Program-made: the position numbers and the translations under genes
Assembly (NCBI GenBank): GCA_963784065.1
Contig: CAWAQA010000009.1
Location: forward strand, 464,201-528,200
Direction of reading: 5' to 3'
Length of the DNA: 64,000 bases
DNA from: an uncultured Acidobacteriota bacterium
GTDB lineage: Bacteria; Acidobacteriota; Vicinamibacteria; Vicinamibacterales; UBA2999
Part shown: positions 12,033 to 27,097 of the stretch, piece by piece
How positions within the stretch are numbered: the stretch's first letter is position 1
How the letters are laid out: the number at the start of each line of letters is the position of its first letter
The notes under the pieces: generated by a model
Seen by the model: the letters and a program-made list of their open reading frames with translations, nothing else
Database searches by the model: none
Told to the model about the DNA's origin: nothing

Positions 12033-12917
12033 CTACTGGCGCAACGGGACAGCGATGTCGACGACGCCGTCCCCAAGCGCGCCGAGCCGGATCGCTCGAC
12101 CGGTCGTGAGGTGAATCTGATAGAAGACGTACGTGCCGTTCACCACGAGCGACGCAAACGCGTGATTGGAGACCGTCACGCCGCGCTCGAGGCGACTGTA
12201 GATGTCAAACCCGGTGACCGCGCCGGCATCGACACCCAGTGTGCCGGTCGCCACGAGGATGCCGTTGCCGGGAGGTGACTGAATGGCGATCTGGTCCAAC
12301 ATGGTGTCGACGTCGAACAGCGTCGTCGCGGTCGCGGGCTGATTCAGATCGTTATTCGTGTACGCCGCACCGGTGACGCCGGTCGCGGGGACCGGCGCGG
12401 CCGGTGGCGCGGTGTACGTCAGCGTGGCATTGGCCACCGTCACACCTCCCGCGTTCACATTGTGGGCAAGGTTCTGGCCCGTGTCGCTGACGATGCGCAG
12501 GCGGTCGGCGACGGGGTTGAAGTCGACGCCGAACGACGTCCCCATCAGAGGCACCGTCACGGTGTTGACCAGTTGTGCCTGGGCTGTCGTGACGTCAATC
12601 GTGTAGACGCCGCCGCCGTTGCCAACGCCGTAGAGTTTCCCGTCCTGCACGCGGAAATCGATGCCGACGAGCGCGGTGTCGTTTCCGGTGAGGCCCTGGA
12701 CGTAGCCAATATCCCTGGTCCTGCGAGGCGAATTCGCCCTGAACTGCACCAACCTGCCGTCATCGGTCACGCCGATGACCTTCACGTATGCCGAGATGTT
12801 CAGGAAGGCCTTCCAGTCGTCCGCGTTCGCCGTGTGCCAGGCGCCAAACAGCACGACGAGCCAGGCCGCCAGGACCGTGAACCCGCGTCGCTTCGTGATC
12901 GTGATCGTTCTACGCAT
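12033..12917 (-). CDS. DUF4394 domain protein (secreted)
   Basis: Intact ORF with a signal peptide and the motifs LVGIDFRVQDGKLYGVG, SFGVDFNPVADRLRIVSDTGQN, AAYTNND and LFDVDTMLDQIAIQSPPGNG. AAGGAG lies 6 nt before the ATG. Confidence 0.8.
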   Translation of the reverse strand: MRRTITITKRRGFTVLAAWLVVLFGAWHTANADDWKAFLNISAYVKVIGVTDDGRLVQFRANSPRRTRDIGYVQGLTGNDTALVGIDFRVQDGKLYGVGNGGGVYTIDVTTAQAQLVNTVTVPLMGTSFGVDFNPVADRLRIVSDTGQNLAHNVNAGGVTVANATLTYTAPPAAPVPATGVTGAAYTNNDLNQPATATTLFDVDTMLDQIAIQSPPGNGILVATGTLGVDAGAVTGFDIYSRLERGVTVSNHAFASLVVNGTYVFYQIHLTTGRAIRLGALGDGVVDIAVPLRQ

Positions 12918-13323
12918 GTGAAACTCCTTTGCACATTCCCTGTAGGGAAATGAGTTGATTGACGGACGGATCCCTTCGAGCGGCGTCGGGCGGTTCGCCG
13001 CCGTGCCTGCCGATCTTTGAAGGGTCTCGATTGGTTACGCGAGGAGCGGGGGATCGGATTGGCGGTCCCTCGCGTGAGATCCGACGTGGGCCTTCGACCG
13101 TAAGCGCTTCGAGACCGATTCAGTCATCGAGGCGTTCTCAATGTCCTGGGTCTAGCCACCTCAGCACTGGAATCTCTCCGGTTGATTACGTCGATCTGGC
13201 GGCGACGCATCCGCTTGTGTGAGATTCTCCCGGCGACGAAATGCTGACGACCCACAGGTGCGAAATGCACCGATTCGGTGTAGCTCCCGGCGGCGCTCGA
13301 GAGAACGCCCGCAGATCGCGGCC

Positions 13324-14103
13324 ATGAGACGCTTCCAGATTGGCCGGGACATTGCTTCGCAGGGTGTTGTGACCACCCGCGGTGAGCACCGGAAATCAGG
13401 TGTCGACGACGCGCCGTCCCTTCGCGCCGTCACGTTCGGATCGGGCAGCAGCGCCAACCCGGCCCGGATCCTGACGGCCGCGCAGCGTCAACAGCTCGCC
13501 TCCATCGCGACGCGAATACGGCTTCGGCCGCGAACGGTGGTCTACCGCCAGGACACAACGGCCGGATGGTTGTTCATCGTCGCCAGCGGCGTCGTGAAGT
13601 CCTTTCGCGATCTGCCCAGCGGAAGGCGTCGCATCGCCACGTTTCTCTTCCCCGAGGATGTCTTCGGCCTGGCCGAGAACGGCCGCTACGTGAACACGGC
13701 GCAGGCGGTGACAGAGGTCAGGTTGTATCGGATTCCATTCGACGCGCTCGAGCGCCTGCTCCTCGCGGACAGCCACCTCCAGTTGCAGTTTCTGTGCAAG
13801 GTGACGCACGTGCTCCGGCAGGCGCAGCGCCAGAAGATCGTGGTGACGCGCCGCGATGCGGTGGGCAGGGTCGCGATGTTCCTCAGCATGCTCGAGCGGC
13901 GGGTCCCTGACGCCGAGGTCACGTCCACCATCGGCGTGCCGATGAGCCGTTCCGACATGGCCAACTACCTTGGTCTTTCGCTCGAAGCCGTGAGCCGTGC
14001 GACCGCCGCTCTCACGCGTCATCACACCATATCGTTCGTCGATCGTCATACGGTGCGGATCGTCGACCGAGGCCGCTTCGACGAGCTGGTCGCCGATGTG
14101 TGA
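13324..14103 (+). CDS. Crp/Fnr family transcriptional regulator
   Basis: A cNMP-binding-like domain (WLFIVASGVVKSF...FPEDVFGL) plus a C-terminal HTH (MSRSDMANYLGLSLEAVSRATAAL). The start is uncertain: 13219 or 13324. Confidence 0.8.
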   Translation: MRRFQIGRDIASQGVVTTRGEHRKSGVDDAPSLRAVTFGSGSSANPARILTAAQRQQLASIATRIRLRPRTVVYRQDTTAGWLFIVASGVVKSFRDLPSGRRRIATFLFPEDVFGLAENGRYVNTAQAVTEVRLYRIPFDALERLLLADSHLQLQFLCKVTHVLRQAQRQKIVVTRRDAVGRVAMFLSMLERRVPDAEVTSTIGVPMSRSDMANYLGLSLEAVSRATAALTRHHTISFVDRHTVRIVDRGRFDELVADV

Positions 14104-14999
14104 GCATCATGAGCAGTGTCTCCCCGGAACAGACCGACCCAGCCCCCGTCGCTGTGACCGCGCACACGCGGGTGGACGAAGACGAGGGCATCTCTTGTGG
14201 TGAGCTTCTCCGCCGGGCTCGCGAACAGCGCGGTTTCACGCTGCAACAGATCGCGCAGGCGACGAAGCTTCCGTTAAGGCATCTCATCGCTCTCGAACGC
14301 GATGAATTCGCGACCCTCCCCGGCGGCTTGTACCGTCGCGCGGAGGTGCGCGCCTATGCCGATGCGGTGGGGCTCGAGCGAAGCGTCGCATTGGCCCGCC
14401 TGGACCACGCCCTGAAACAGGCGCCGTCGCGCCCGCGCGCCAGCGCTCAACCGCCTCGGCGCCCTTCGATGCTCGCCAGCCTTCGCCGCCGTCTGATGAT
14501 GGTGGCGGGCGTGGCCGTCATGACGGGGGGAATCGCCGTCGCGATGTGGCCGTCCGGGTCGGATGCGCCCCACATCCCGGCCGTTCGACCCGCGAGCGCG
14601 CCGACGAGCCCAACGATCGAGCTGTCCTCCGACACGCACAGCCAACCGCTGCTCGGGCGCGCCGACCGGGAGGTCGCGGCAGCCACCGTGGAATCGCAGC
14701 TCACGGTCGTCACCGAGCCACCGGGTGCCCGCGTGACCGTGAACGGCATCGGCTGGGGTGTCACGCCGGTGACCATTCGCTATCTCACACCCGGACCGAA
14801 GAGTGTGCGCGTGACCCTGGAAGGATATGTGCCGGACGAGCGGCTCATCCGACTCGACGATCGCGGCGGCGAGGCGACTGTTCGCATTCCCCTACGGACG
14901 AAAGGTAACGAACGAGAGTCCTTCTCCTCCACCATGCTGGAGAACGATGGCGCGCGGAATTCGTTTCGATCTGATGCGATCGATGTCGATCCGAGATAA
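14100..14999 (+). CDS. RodZ-like HTH / transmembrane / PEGA-domain protein
   Basis: The GTG start overlaps the Crp stop codon. HTH: LLRRAREQRGFTLQQIAQATKLPLRHLIALE. A hydrophobic segment follows: MMVAGVAVMTGGIAVAMW. PEGA: LTVVTEPPGARVTVNGIGWGVTPVTI. Confidence 0.7.
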   Translation: MSIMSSVSPEQTDPAPVAVTAHTRVDEDEGISCGELLRRAREQRGFTLQQIAQATKLPLRHLIALERDEFATLPGGLYRRAEVRAYADAVGLERSVALARLDHALKQAPSRPRASAQPPRRPSMLASLRRRLMMVAGVAVMTGGIAVAMWPSGSDAPHIPAVRPASAPTSPTIELSSDTHSQPLLGRADREVAAATVESQLTVVTEPPGARVTVNGIGWGVTPVTIRYLTPGPKSVRVTLEGYVPDERLIRLDDRGGEATVRIPLRTKGNERESFSSTMLENDGARNSFRSDAIDVDPR

Positions 15000-15134
15000 C
15001 CGCGCCAGCGCGGGCGAGCAACCGTAAACCCCACGTTCCGCGGCCGCCTCTGCGATCACGCGGCTTCCGTCGCTGATTTCGCCTGCGTCTGCTGAGCTCC
15101 TGGTCTCATCGCGACGCTCATGTGTTTGCCTCGC

Positions 15135-15914
15135 CTATGCGATGTCCCGCTTTGGTGCCGGGCTTTGGACCGACGATGGCGACTGCGCGCCCATTTTTTG
15201 CTGTCTCTCCAGCCACCCGGCGTGATGCTGCCGGAGGAGCGCGATCGCCGCATCCGCGTCAGGTACGCAACGCGGAATTGCGATGTCGTCGCCGCTTGCC
15301 AATGAAGGGTCGCCGCCCAGCATCGCGCTGCTCGCCCAGTCGACGAGACCTGGCCACATGCGTCCCACCAGGATCAGCGGCGTGTCCTCGAGATGCTTCA
15401 CCTGGAGCAATTGCCAGATCATCATCGTCTCGAGGACCGTGCCGATGCCGCCCGGAGCGACGACGAATGCATCCGACGTGAGCACGAACTGGTGCAGGCG
15501 CGTGAAGAACGTCCGGTGCTCGAACGCCTCGGTGACAAACGCATTGACCTCCTGTTCGAAGGGCAGATCGACGCGGATCCCGACCGACTGTGCTCGTCCT
15601 CCCGCGCTGGCGGCGCCCTGGTTGGCGGCCTCCATCAGCCCGGGCCCGCCCCCGGTGACGATGTCGCAGCCCATTTCGGCCAGCGCGGCGGCGGTCCGCC
15701 TCGTCTCGTCGTACGCGAACGTTCCCGGCCGCGCCCGCGCCGAACCGAAGATCGTCACGCGATAGCGCTCGCGGTACGAGGGCCTGAGACGCGTGAGCTC
15801 GCCCACCACGTCCCACAGGCCAAGAATTGAGCGTACCAGGACCTGCTTGACGGCCTCTTCGTCGGCCAGGCTGACAATCGCCGGACTCGCGACATCCGGC
15901 TCATGCGTGCGCAT
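15135..15914 (-). CDS. LOG / TIGR00730 family Rossmann-fold nucleotide-binding protein
   Basis: Motifs VTIFGSARA, IVTGGGPGLMEAAN and VVAPGGIGTVLE. The start overlaps the ackA stop codon by 14 nt. Confidence 0.8.
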   Translation of the reverse strand: MRTHEPDVASPAIVSLADEEAVKQVLVRSILGLWDVVGELTRLRPSYRERYRVTIFGSARARPGTFAYDETRRTAAALAEMGCDIVTGGGPGLMEAANQGAASAGGRAQSVGIRVDLPFEQEVNAFVTEAFEHRTFFTRLHQFVLTSDAFVVAPGGIGTVLETMMIWQLLQVKHLEDTPLILVGRMWPGLVDWASSAMLGGDPSLASGDDIAIPRCVPDADAAIALLRQHHAGWLERQQKMGAQSPSSVQSPAPKRDIA

Positions 15915-17110
15915 GGCGTGCCCTCGCGTCCATCGAACCGAGCAGACGGCGGGTGTGGAGCGCAATCATGGCTTCCTCATCGGTCGGGATGACCCAGACA
16001 GCTACGCGGCTCGTCGGCGCGCTGATGCAGGGACCGCCCGCTGACATTTGCCGCGTAATCGAGCTCCACACCGAGCCAGCTGGCGTCTCGACAGACGTCC
16101 GCGCGGATGACCGACGCGTTCTCGCCGATGCCTCCCGTGAAGACCAGGGCATCGAGGCCCCCGAGCGCTGCGGCGAGCGAGCCGAGCTCGCGGGTGATAC
16201 GGTAGACAAACAGCTCCACCGCCTCGGCGGCGGCACTGTCGGAGCTCGCGAGCAGCTCACGCATGTCGCTGGACAGACCCGAGACACCGAGCAGCCCCGA
16301 TTGCTCGTAGACCAGCTGCTGCAGCGCACGAGCGCTCATGCCGTGCCGATCGAGCAGATACAGCAGGACCCCCGGGTCGATGGCGCCACAGCGCGTCCCC
16401 ATCACCAGCCCGTCGAGCGCCGTGAAGCCCATGGTCGTGGCGACGCTGCGGCCGCCGCTCATCGCACACATGCTGGCACCGTTGCCGAGGTGTGCCACCA
16501 CGGTGCGCCCGGCCGCGGCACGAGGATCAGTTGCCGCCAGGGCCGACGCGACGTACTCGTAGGACAAGCCATGAAAGCCGTACCGACGCACCCCCTCGTC
16601 CGTGTAGCGGCGAGGCAGGGCGAGCGCCTGCGCCACGGCCGGCTGCGTCTGGTGAAACGCCGTGTCGAAGCAGGCCACCTGCGGTAGCGCCGGCGCCATC
16701 CGCGCGACCGCCTTGATGGCCGCGACGTTGTGCGGTTGGTGCAACGGGGCGAGCGGAATCAGCGCTTCCAGTTCCGCGATCGTCGCGGCATCGAGGAGCG
16801 CCGGCCCGGCGAACCGTCTTCCGCCATGGACGACACGATGGCCCACGGCGACGATGCGATGGCCCGCGAGCACTCCGCTCCGTCCCCACGTGAAGAGAAA
16901 CTCAATCGCGCCGTGGTGGCCGAGCGCCGTCCCGGCCGGCCATTCCTTCTCGGCAACGAGCGTCGCGGCCTGACGCGCCGATGAAGCGCGGCGACGTCAG
17001 CAGGCCTTCGATCTTCCCGCGCAGCAGCGGACGCGGCGCGGGTTCGTCGGGGAAGACCGCGAACTTCAGGCTCGACGATCCGGCATTGAGGACGAGTAGC
17101 GCATCAGACA
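15901..17110 (-). pseudogene. ackA: acetate kinase; two frame changes (about 16985 and about 16030)
   Basis: MSDALLVLNAGSSSLKFAVF (start 17110), then VGHRVVHGG...LAPLHQPHN...CFDTAFH...RRYGFHGLSYEY...HLGNGASMCA...GFTALDGLVMGTRCG (ORF 15977-16873), then VWVIPTDEEAMIA (ORF 15901-16329). Confidence 0.85.
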
Positions 17111-17118
17111 TAAATGGC

Positions 17119-17196
17119 CTCTCAACTTCCAATCTCCAAGTCCCAACTCCCAGGATGACGAGCCGTTGGGAGTTGGAAGTTGGGCGTCGGGAGTTG
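17119..17196. repeat. imperfect inverted repeat built from CCAACTT / AAGTTGG-type units, between xfp and ackA
   Basis: CTCAACTTCCAATCTCCAAGTCCCAACTCCCA, a 13-nt loop, then TTGGGAGTTGGAAGTTGGGCGTCGGGAGTTGG. The inner stem CCAACTCCCA/TGGGAGTTGG is perfect. Confidence 0.6.
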
Positions 17197-17214
17197 GTCG
17201 TTGACGGCCAGACC

Positions 17215-19619
17215 CAGTCGACAATCTGGGGCCGGTCGGTGCCGTGCTCGTGGGCATAGCGCAAGTTGTCGACGATGGCGTTCTTCATCTCCTCCTTCAG
17301 GTGTGCCGCCCTGCTTCGCAGCGTCGGCACGCGATCGATCACGTCGATGACCAGGTGGAAGCGCGACGTCTCGTTCAGCATCGCCAGCTCGAGCGGCGTG
17401 TTGATGTTGCCCTTCTCCTTGTAGCCGCGCACATGCAGGTTGGTCGTGGCCCTTGAATCGGTACGCGAGCCTGTGGATGAGCCACGGGTAGCCGTGGAAG
17501 TTGAAGATGATCGGCTTGTCCGTCGTGAACAGGCCGTCGAACTCGCGTTCCGTCGATCCATGCGGATGCTCGGAGACCGGCTGCAGCTTGAACAGGTCGA
17601 CGACGTTGACGAAGCGCAGCTTCAGGTCCGGCGCCCGCTCGCGCAGGATGGCGGCCGCGGCCAGCGCTTCCATGGTCGCGACATCGCCGCAGGACGCGAG
17701 CACGACATCAGGCTCCTCGCCGGCGTCGGTGCTCGCCCGCGCCCAGATGCCGAGCCCCTTGGCGCAGTGCGTGATCGCCTCGTCGATGTCGGCGAACTGC
17801 AGGTGCTTCTGCTTGTCGGCGACGATGACGTTGATGCAGTCGGTGCTGCGGAGACAGTGATCGGCGACCGCGAGCAGCGTGTTGGCGTCGGGCGGCAGAT
17901 AGACGCGCGTCACGGACGGCCCCTTGTTGGTCACCAGGTCGATGAAGCCGGGATCCTGATGCGAGAATCCGTTGTGATCCTGGCGCCAGACCGTCGACGA
18001 CAGCAGGATGTTCTCCGAGGCGACCGGCGCACGCCAGGAGACGTGGTTCTTCGCGGATGTCCAGCCACTTGGCGTGCTGGTTGAACATCGAGTCGATGAC
18101 GTGGGCGAAGGCTTCGTAGGTATGGAAGAAGCCGTGCCGGCCGGTGAGCAGGTACCCCTCCAGCCAGCCGAGCAGCGTATGCTCGGACAGCATCTCCATG
18201 ACGCGGCCGTCGCGGGCGAGCTCGCCGCCATCGGCATCCTCCGGCAGCAGATCCGCCATCCACGTCTTCTTGCTGGCCTGGTAGACGGCCTGCAGCCGGT
18301 TGGAGGCGGTCTCGTCGGGACCGAAGACGCGGAAACTGGTCGGGTTGTCGTTCAGCACGTCGCGCAGGTACTCGCCGAGTGGCTTGGTGTTCTCGTAGTT
18401 CACGGCTGCCGCGCGCGGGCACCTCCACCGCGTAGCGTGCGGAAATCGGGAAGCCTGAGGTCCTTGCGTAGCAGGCCGCCGTTGGCGTGGGGGTTCGCGC
18501 TCATCCGGCGGCTGCCCTTGGGCGGCAGCGCCCGCAACTCGGGCACGAGCCTGCCGCTGGCGTCGAACAAGCTCGTCGGGCTTGTAGCTGCGCATCCAGT
18601 CTTCGAGCAGCGTCAGGTTCGCCGGATTGGTGCGCACGTCGGCAAACGGCACCTGGTGCGATCGCCAGGAGCCTTCGACCTTGTGTCCCTTGATCTCCTT
18701 CGGCCCGGTCCACCCCTTCGGTGACCGGAGCACGATCATCGGCCAGCGCGGACGCACGGCGTTGTTCGAATCGCGCGCCGCCTTCTGCACGGCGCGAATA
18801 TCGCCGATCGCCTGGTCGAGCGTCGCGGCCATCGCCTGGTGCATCAGCCGCGGGGTCGTCTGCCTTCGACGAAGTACGGGGTATAGCCGTAGCCGACAAA
18901 GAGCGCCTCCAGCTCCTCGTGGCTGATCCGCGCCAGGATCGTTGGATTCGCAATCTTGTAGCCATTGAGGTTCAGGATCGGCAGCACCGCGCCATCGCGC
19001 ACGGGATTGATGAACTTGTTGGAATGCCATGCCGTCGCCAGCGGCCCCGTTTCGGCTTCGCCGTCGCCGACGACGCAGGCGACGATCAGGTCGGGGTTGT
19101 CGAACACCATGCCGTAGGCGTGCGAGAGGCTGTAGCCGAGCTCGCCGCCCTCGTGGATCGAGCCTGGCGTTTCGGGGGTGACGTGGCTGCCGATGTGACC
19201 GGGGAAGGAGAACTGCTTGAAGAACTTCTGCATGCCCTCCGCGTCTTCGCTCTTGTCCGGGTAGATCTCGGAGTATGTGCCCTCGAGGTACGCCGGACCG
19301 AGCACGCCGGGGGCGCCGTGGCCCGGGCCCGGCGACGAACACCACGTCGAGGTCGTGGGCGACGATCAGCCGATTGAGATGGACCCAGCAGAACGACAGG
19401 GCGGGGCTTGCCCCCCAGTGTCCGAGCAGCCGGTGCTTCACGTGCTCGATGGTCAGCGGCTCTCTGAGGAGCGGGTTGTCCTTCAGGTAGATCATCCCGA
19501 CTGCCAGGTAATTGCAGGCCCGCCAGTACGCGATCCATCAGTGCCAGCGTGTTCTCCGGGAGCGGCTTCGCCACCGTCACCTTCACGTCGAGCTCGCGAG
19601 CGGTCAACAGCTTTTCCAC
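17215..19619 (-). pseudogene. xfp: phosphoketolase (xylulose-5-P / fructose-6-P); at least 6 frame changes
   Basis: GTG start at 19619 after AAGGAG. Successive frames give [152 protein letters not shown] and PQIVDWVWP. No in-frame stop follows the last motif, so the 3-prime end is approximate. Confidence 0.9.
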
Positions 19620-19659
19620 GGTATGTCTCCTTGACGCGGGGAGCCCACTTCTGCCGGGG

Positions 19660-22197
<2,538 letters not shown>

Positions 22198-22432
22198 AGC
22201 CTGTGCTCGACAGCATTGCGCGAAGTTGGCAGGAGTGACTATGCGAATCCGGCACCGGCGGCGGCGGAGCGGCGGCGTTGCGCGAGCCAGCGCGGGCGAG
22301 CGCTGCCGCTGCCACGGTCACGGGCGCCCCAATCGCGATCTGTCGAGGATGGCGATTCGGGTCGGTCTCGACCTGCCCGAAATCCCGGTACCTCGGAGCC
22401 TCGGTGTGTCGTCATCGTCGGCCGGCGCGCGC

Positions 22433-24391
22433 TCACGCGGCCAGCGGGAGCGTGAACGAGAAGGAACTGCCTTTGCCGATCTCGCTCTCCGCCCAGATTG
22501 TCCCCCCATGGGCTTCGACAATGCCTTTGGCAATCGACAAGCCGAGACCGCGCGTCGCATGCCTGGCCCGTTGGGCCTGCCAGGCGCGATCGAAGATGTG
22601 CCGCAACCGGTCGGGCGGAATACCCGCACCGGTGTCCGACACAGAGACGATGACGGCATGGCGTTCCTGGCGAACGGCGATCCGGATCGTGCCGCCCTCA
22701 GGAGTGAACTTGATCGCGTTTCCGACGAGGTTCGACATCACCTGACCGACACGGCGCGCATCGATCGACACCTCCGGGAGCGCCGGCGGCCAATCGACCT
22801 GCAGTGCGTGATGTTTGGCTTCCGCCAGCACACTCATCCCGTTGATGACCGGGTTCACCACCTGGGGCAGCTTTTCCGCGTAGGTTTGCAGCGAGAACGT
22901 CCCATTCTGAATCTTGGCGAGATCGAGGAGATCGTCGATCAGGAGGTGCATCTCCTCGACCGAACGTTCCATGCTGCTGGCGAGCCGCTCCAGTTCGTCC
23001 GCGCCACTGCGCTCGGGTTGACGCAACAGCGTTGCGACCACCCCGACAGCAACGACCGGAGTCCTGAGGTCGTGCGACACGATCGCGAGCACATCGTCGC
23101 GCATGGCAACAGCACGCTGTGCCTCGGCCAACAGCCAGGCGTTCTCGATCGAGAGCGCGGCACGCCGGGCAAGCTCTGCCGCGAGAGGCAGATCGGCCGG
23201 CCCGTACGGCGGCGACGGCACGGAAGACATGAGGACAATCTGTCCGAGCAGCCTGCCGCGCGCGAGGAGCGGCACGGCAATGATCGAGGCCGGCTCCGCG
23301 GCGCTGAGCGCCCGGCGGTGCTGTTCCTTGTGGAACCACGATGCGACCGTCTGCGGCGACACGTGCTCGATGAGAAGCGGCCGCGTGTTCTCGAACGCCG
23401 GCTTGAGCACCGGAGAACGACCGCGTCCCGACGGTGCGTGCATCAGCACGTCTCCGATCCACGCCTTTTCGGGGTCCCGAGTTGCGACCCTCTGGCGCCT
23501 GAAGCGGCCATCGGGCGGATTGACCTCGACAATGCACAGGTCAGCGAGATCGCGCACGGCGAGTTGCGCGATGTTCGTCAGCGTCTCATCGTAGTCGAGC
23601 GACGACGACAGCACCGTTCCGACGTCGGCCAGGAAGCCCTGCTCGCGCTCGACACGTTTCTGCACTGTGATGTCGCGAACCGTCACCATCATCATCAGAG
23701 TGCCCCCGACATGCAGCTTCGAGATGGCGACGTCGGCTGGAAACTCCTCGCCGTTCTTGCGCTGGCCGAGCATCGGTGCGCGAGCACCCATCCGCCGGCC
23801 CGTTTCGTCGCTCGTGGCGACACTCTCGAGATGCTCGCGATGCGTGGCACGGAGCCGCGCCGGGATGAGCATGTGGAGCGGCTTGCCAAGCACCTCGGCC
23901 TGCGAGTACCCGAAAATGTGCTCGGCCCTCTCGTTGAACAACGTGATGCGGTGCTGCTCGTCGATGGACACGATGGCGTCCGGCGACACCGAGACGATTC
24001 CCGAGAACTTCGCTTCGGACAGGCGCAGCTGATCCTCGATGAGGGCGGCGAACACATCACGGTCGTCGAGCGCCCGCTGCAGATGCTCGTTCGCCGTACC
24101 AGAATCCGCGAGCGCTGCCAGCGTCCGCAGCTCCTCTCGTTCCGCTTGCCGTGCGGCCACCCATGTCGTTCGCAGCACGAGAGCGACCATGACGGCCACG
24201 AACAGCGATGCCTGGACGTTGACGCCGTACCAACCGAGGATCACCCCGAGGCGCGTAACCCCGCCGATGAGCGGCGGCGCTAATATGCCGACCAGCAGTA
24301 AGCGCCTGGCAATGCCTCCGCTCGGCGCGTCGCCGGAGACCAGCGACATCATGCCAGCGGCGGGACGGCTGAAGAGCAGCGGGTTGTTCAT
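22433..24391 (-). CDS. sensor histidine kinase (membrane anchor, PAS, GAF, HisKA, HATPase_c)
   Basis: Intact 652-aa ORF. PAS: [38 protein letters not shown]-like middle region follows. H-box: [14 protein letters not shown] boxes: [32 protein letters not shown]. Confidence 0.85.
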   Translation of the reverse strand: MNNPLLFSRPAAGMMSLVSGDAPSGGIARRLLLVGILAPPLIGGVTRLGVILGWYGVNVQASLFVAVMVALVLRTTWVAARQAEREELRTLAALADSGTANEHLQRALDDRDVFAALIEDQLRLSEAKFSGIVSVSPDAIVSIDEQHRITLFNERAEHIFGYSQAEVLGKPLHMLIPARLRATHREHLESVATSDETGRRMGARAPMLGQRKNGEEFPADVAISKLHVGGTLMMMVTVRDITVQKRVEREQGFLADVGTVLSSSLDYDETLTNIAQLAVRDLADLCIVEVNPPDGRFRRQRVATRDPEKAWIGDVLMHAPSGRGRSPVLKPAFENTRPLLIEHVSPQTVASWFHKEQHRRALSAAEPASIIAVPLLARGRLLGQIVLMSSVPSPPYGPADLPLAAELARRAALSIENAWLLAEAQRAVAMRDDVLAIVSHDLRTPVVAVGVVATLLRQPERSGADELERLASSMERSVEEMHLLIDDLLDLAKIQNGTFSLQTYAEKLPQVVNPVINGMSVLAEAKHHALQVDWPPALPEVSIDARRVGQVMSNLVGNAIKFTPEGGTIRIAVRQERHAVIVSVSDTGAGIPPDRLRHIFDRAWQAQRARHATRGLGLSIAKGIVEAHGGTIWAESEIGKGSSFSFTLPLAA

Positions 24392-24426
24392 TGCACCTCA
24401 TCGACTCGCGCCAGGGCCTCTCGAGA

Positions 24427-24456
24427 TGGAAGGCTGGAAGTTGAGGTTGGGTCGGG
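24427..24456. repeat. single arm of the AAGTTGG-type repeat family
   Basis: GGAAGGCTGGAAGTTGAGGTTGGG lies about 35 nt upstream of the kinase start codon on the minus strand. I saw no inverted partner. Confidence 0.35.
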
Positions 24457-24686
24457 TCAGCGATGGACAGGCCCCCCGCCCACGAGCGCGACGAGCGCGC
24501 ACGCCATGATCCGTGCCGTTCTGCTCATGGTGCGGCTCCGGTGTCGAGAATAACCAGCAGGCTGACGACAACGTGGGAACGGTGCATGGTTGCAGGCTAG
24601 CGGCCCGGTAGTGACTGCGCCTATGCGCTTTCGGCATGTCGCGAAGATCTCCGCGCGCGCCATGTCCTGAACGCGCGGCGACCACG

Positions 24687-25073
24687 TCAGGTAGACATGA
24701 CCTTCTTGGCGGTTGCCGGCAGCCCTTCGAGCCAGCGGCGGGCTGCGGCCTCGGAGTTGAAGTACTCAATTGGGATGCCGCGCAACGGCTGCGCAAGGAA
24801 GGTCAGCACGGTGCGCTTCCACGCCCAGGCGCCGACGATCGCCATCCTCGACACGCCCTCGTCGTCGCGCAGCCACATCCTGGCGTCGTCGAACGAGGCG
24901 GGCGGCTGCCAGCCGCCAAACAGCTCGAGCAGGATGAGGAGACGAACCGGTCCGACGCCGTGAATGGACTCGCGGACCCACTCGATGATGTCGGCCTGAT
25001 CGCTCGACGTCACCACGCCGGCGAGGGTGGCGACCGCCAGATCCGGTGGCTCGAAGGCTTTATTGAGCACCAT
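24687..25073 (-). CDS. STAS / SpoIIAA-like (DUF3478-type) protein
   Basis: Intact small ORF with the pattern LLILLELFGGWQPPASFDDARMW...VSRMAIVG. Alternative start at 25106. Confidence 0.55.
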   Translation of the reverse strand: MVLNKAFEPPDLAVATLAGVVTSSDQADIIEWVRESIHGVGPVRLLILLELFGGWQPPASFDDARMWLRDDEGVSRMAIVGAWAWKRTVLTFLAQPLRGIPIEYFNSEAAARRWLEGLPATAKKVMST

Positions 25074-25295
25074 ACCTGATGGCCAGCGTACGCCGTGCCG
25101 AGTCATGCGGCTATGCGAATTCGGCGCTTTCCATTTGTGATTCGTGATTTTGCGCGACCCCCTGCACCACGGCGTATGCCGGTCGACGGTCCTTCGGTGC
25201 TCATGGCTCGAAGCAACGGGCTGATGAGCGTAGCGCCGAGGAATTCAACGCCGGGAGCGCAGATCTGCAGAGGTCGCGGAGGGTCCGGCCATGAA

Positions 25296-26929
<1,634 letters not shown>

Positions 26930-27097
26930 GACCATCGCTCCTCTCAGTGGACAGACGGTCATTGCGAATCGATGGGCGCGATCCTCGATCTCGATGACCG
27001 TCGATACGAACGTGCGGCCACGCGGCGCGGCCTGGCGGGGCCGCACGAGATCCGTGGCGAGCTCGCGCTTCCCCTCTACCGCCCGCCGGACCGGGCC

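Noticed and set aside
16902-17561. An ORF joining the phosphoketolase C-terminus to the acetate kinase N-terminus, which could be read as an Xfp-AckA fusion.
   Set aside because: The link is the translated heptamer-repeat element, and ackA has its own ATG at 17110. Loss of the xfp stop codon, or an indel, is the more economical reading. It is reported as a finding, not as a fusion gene.
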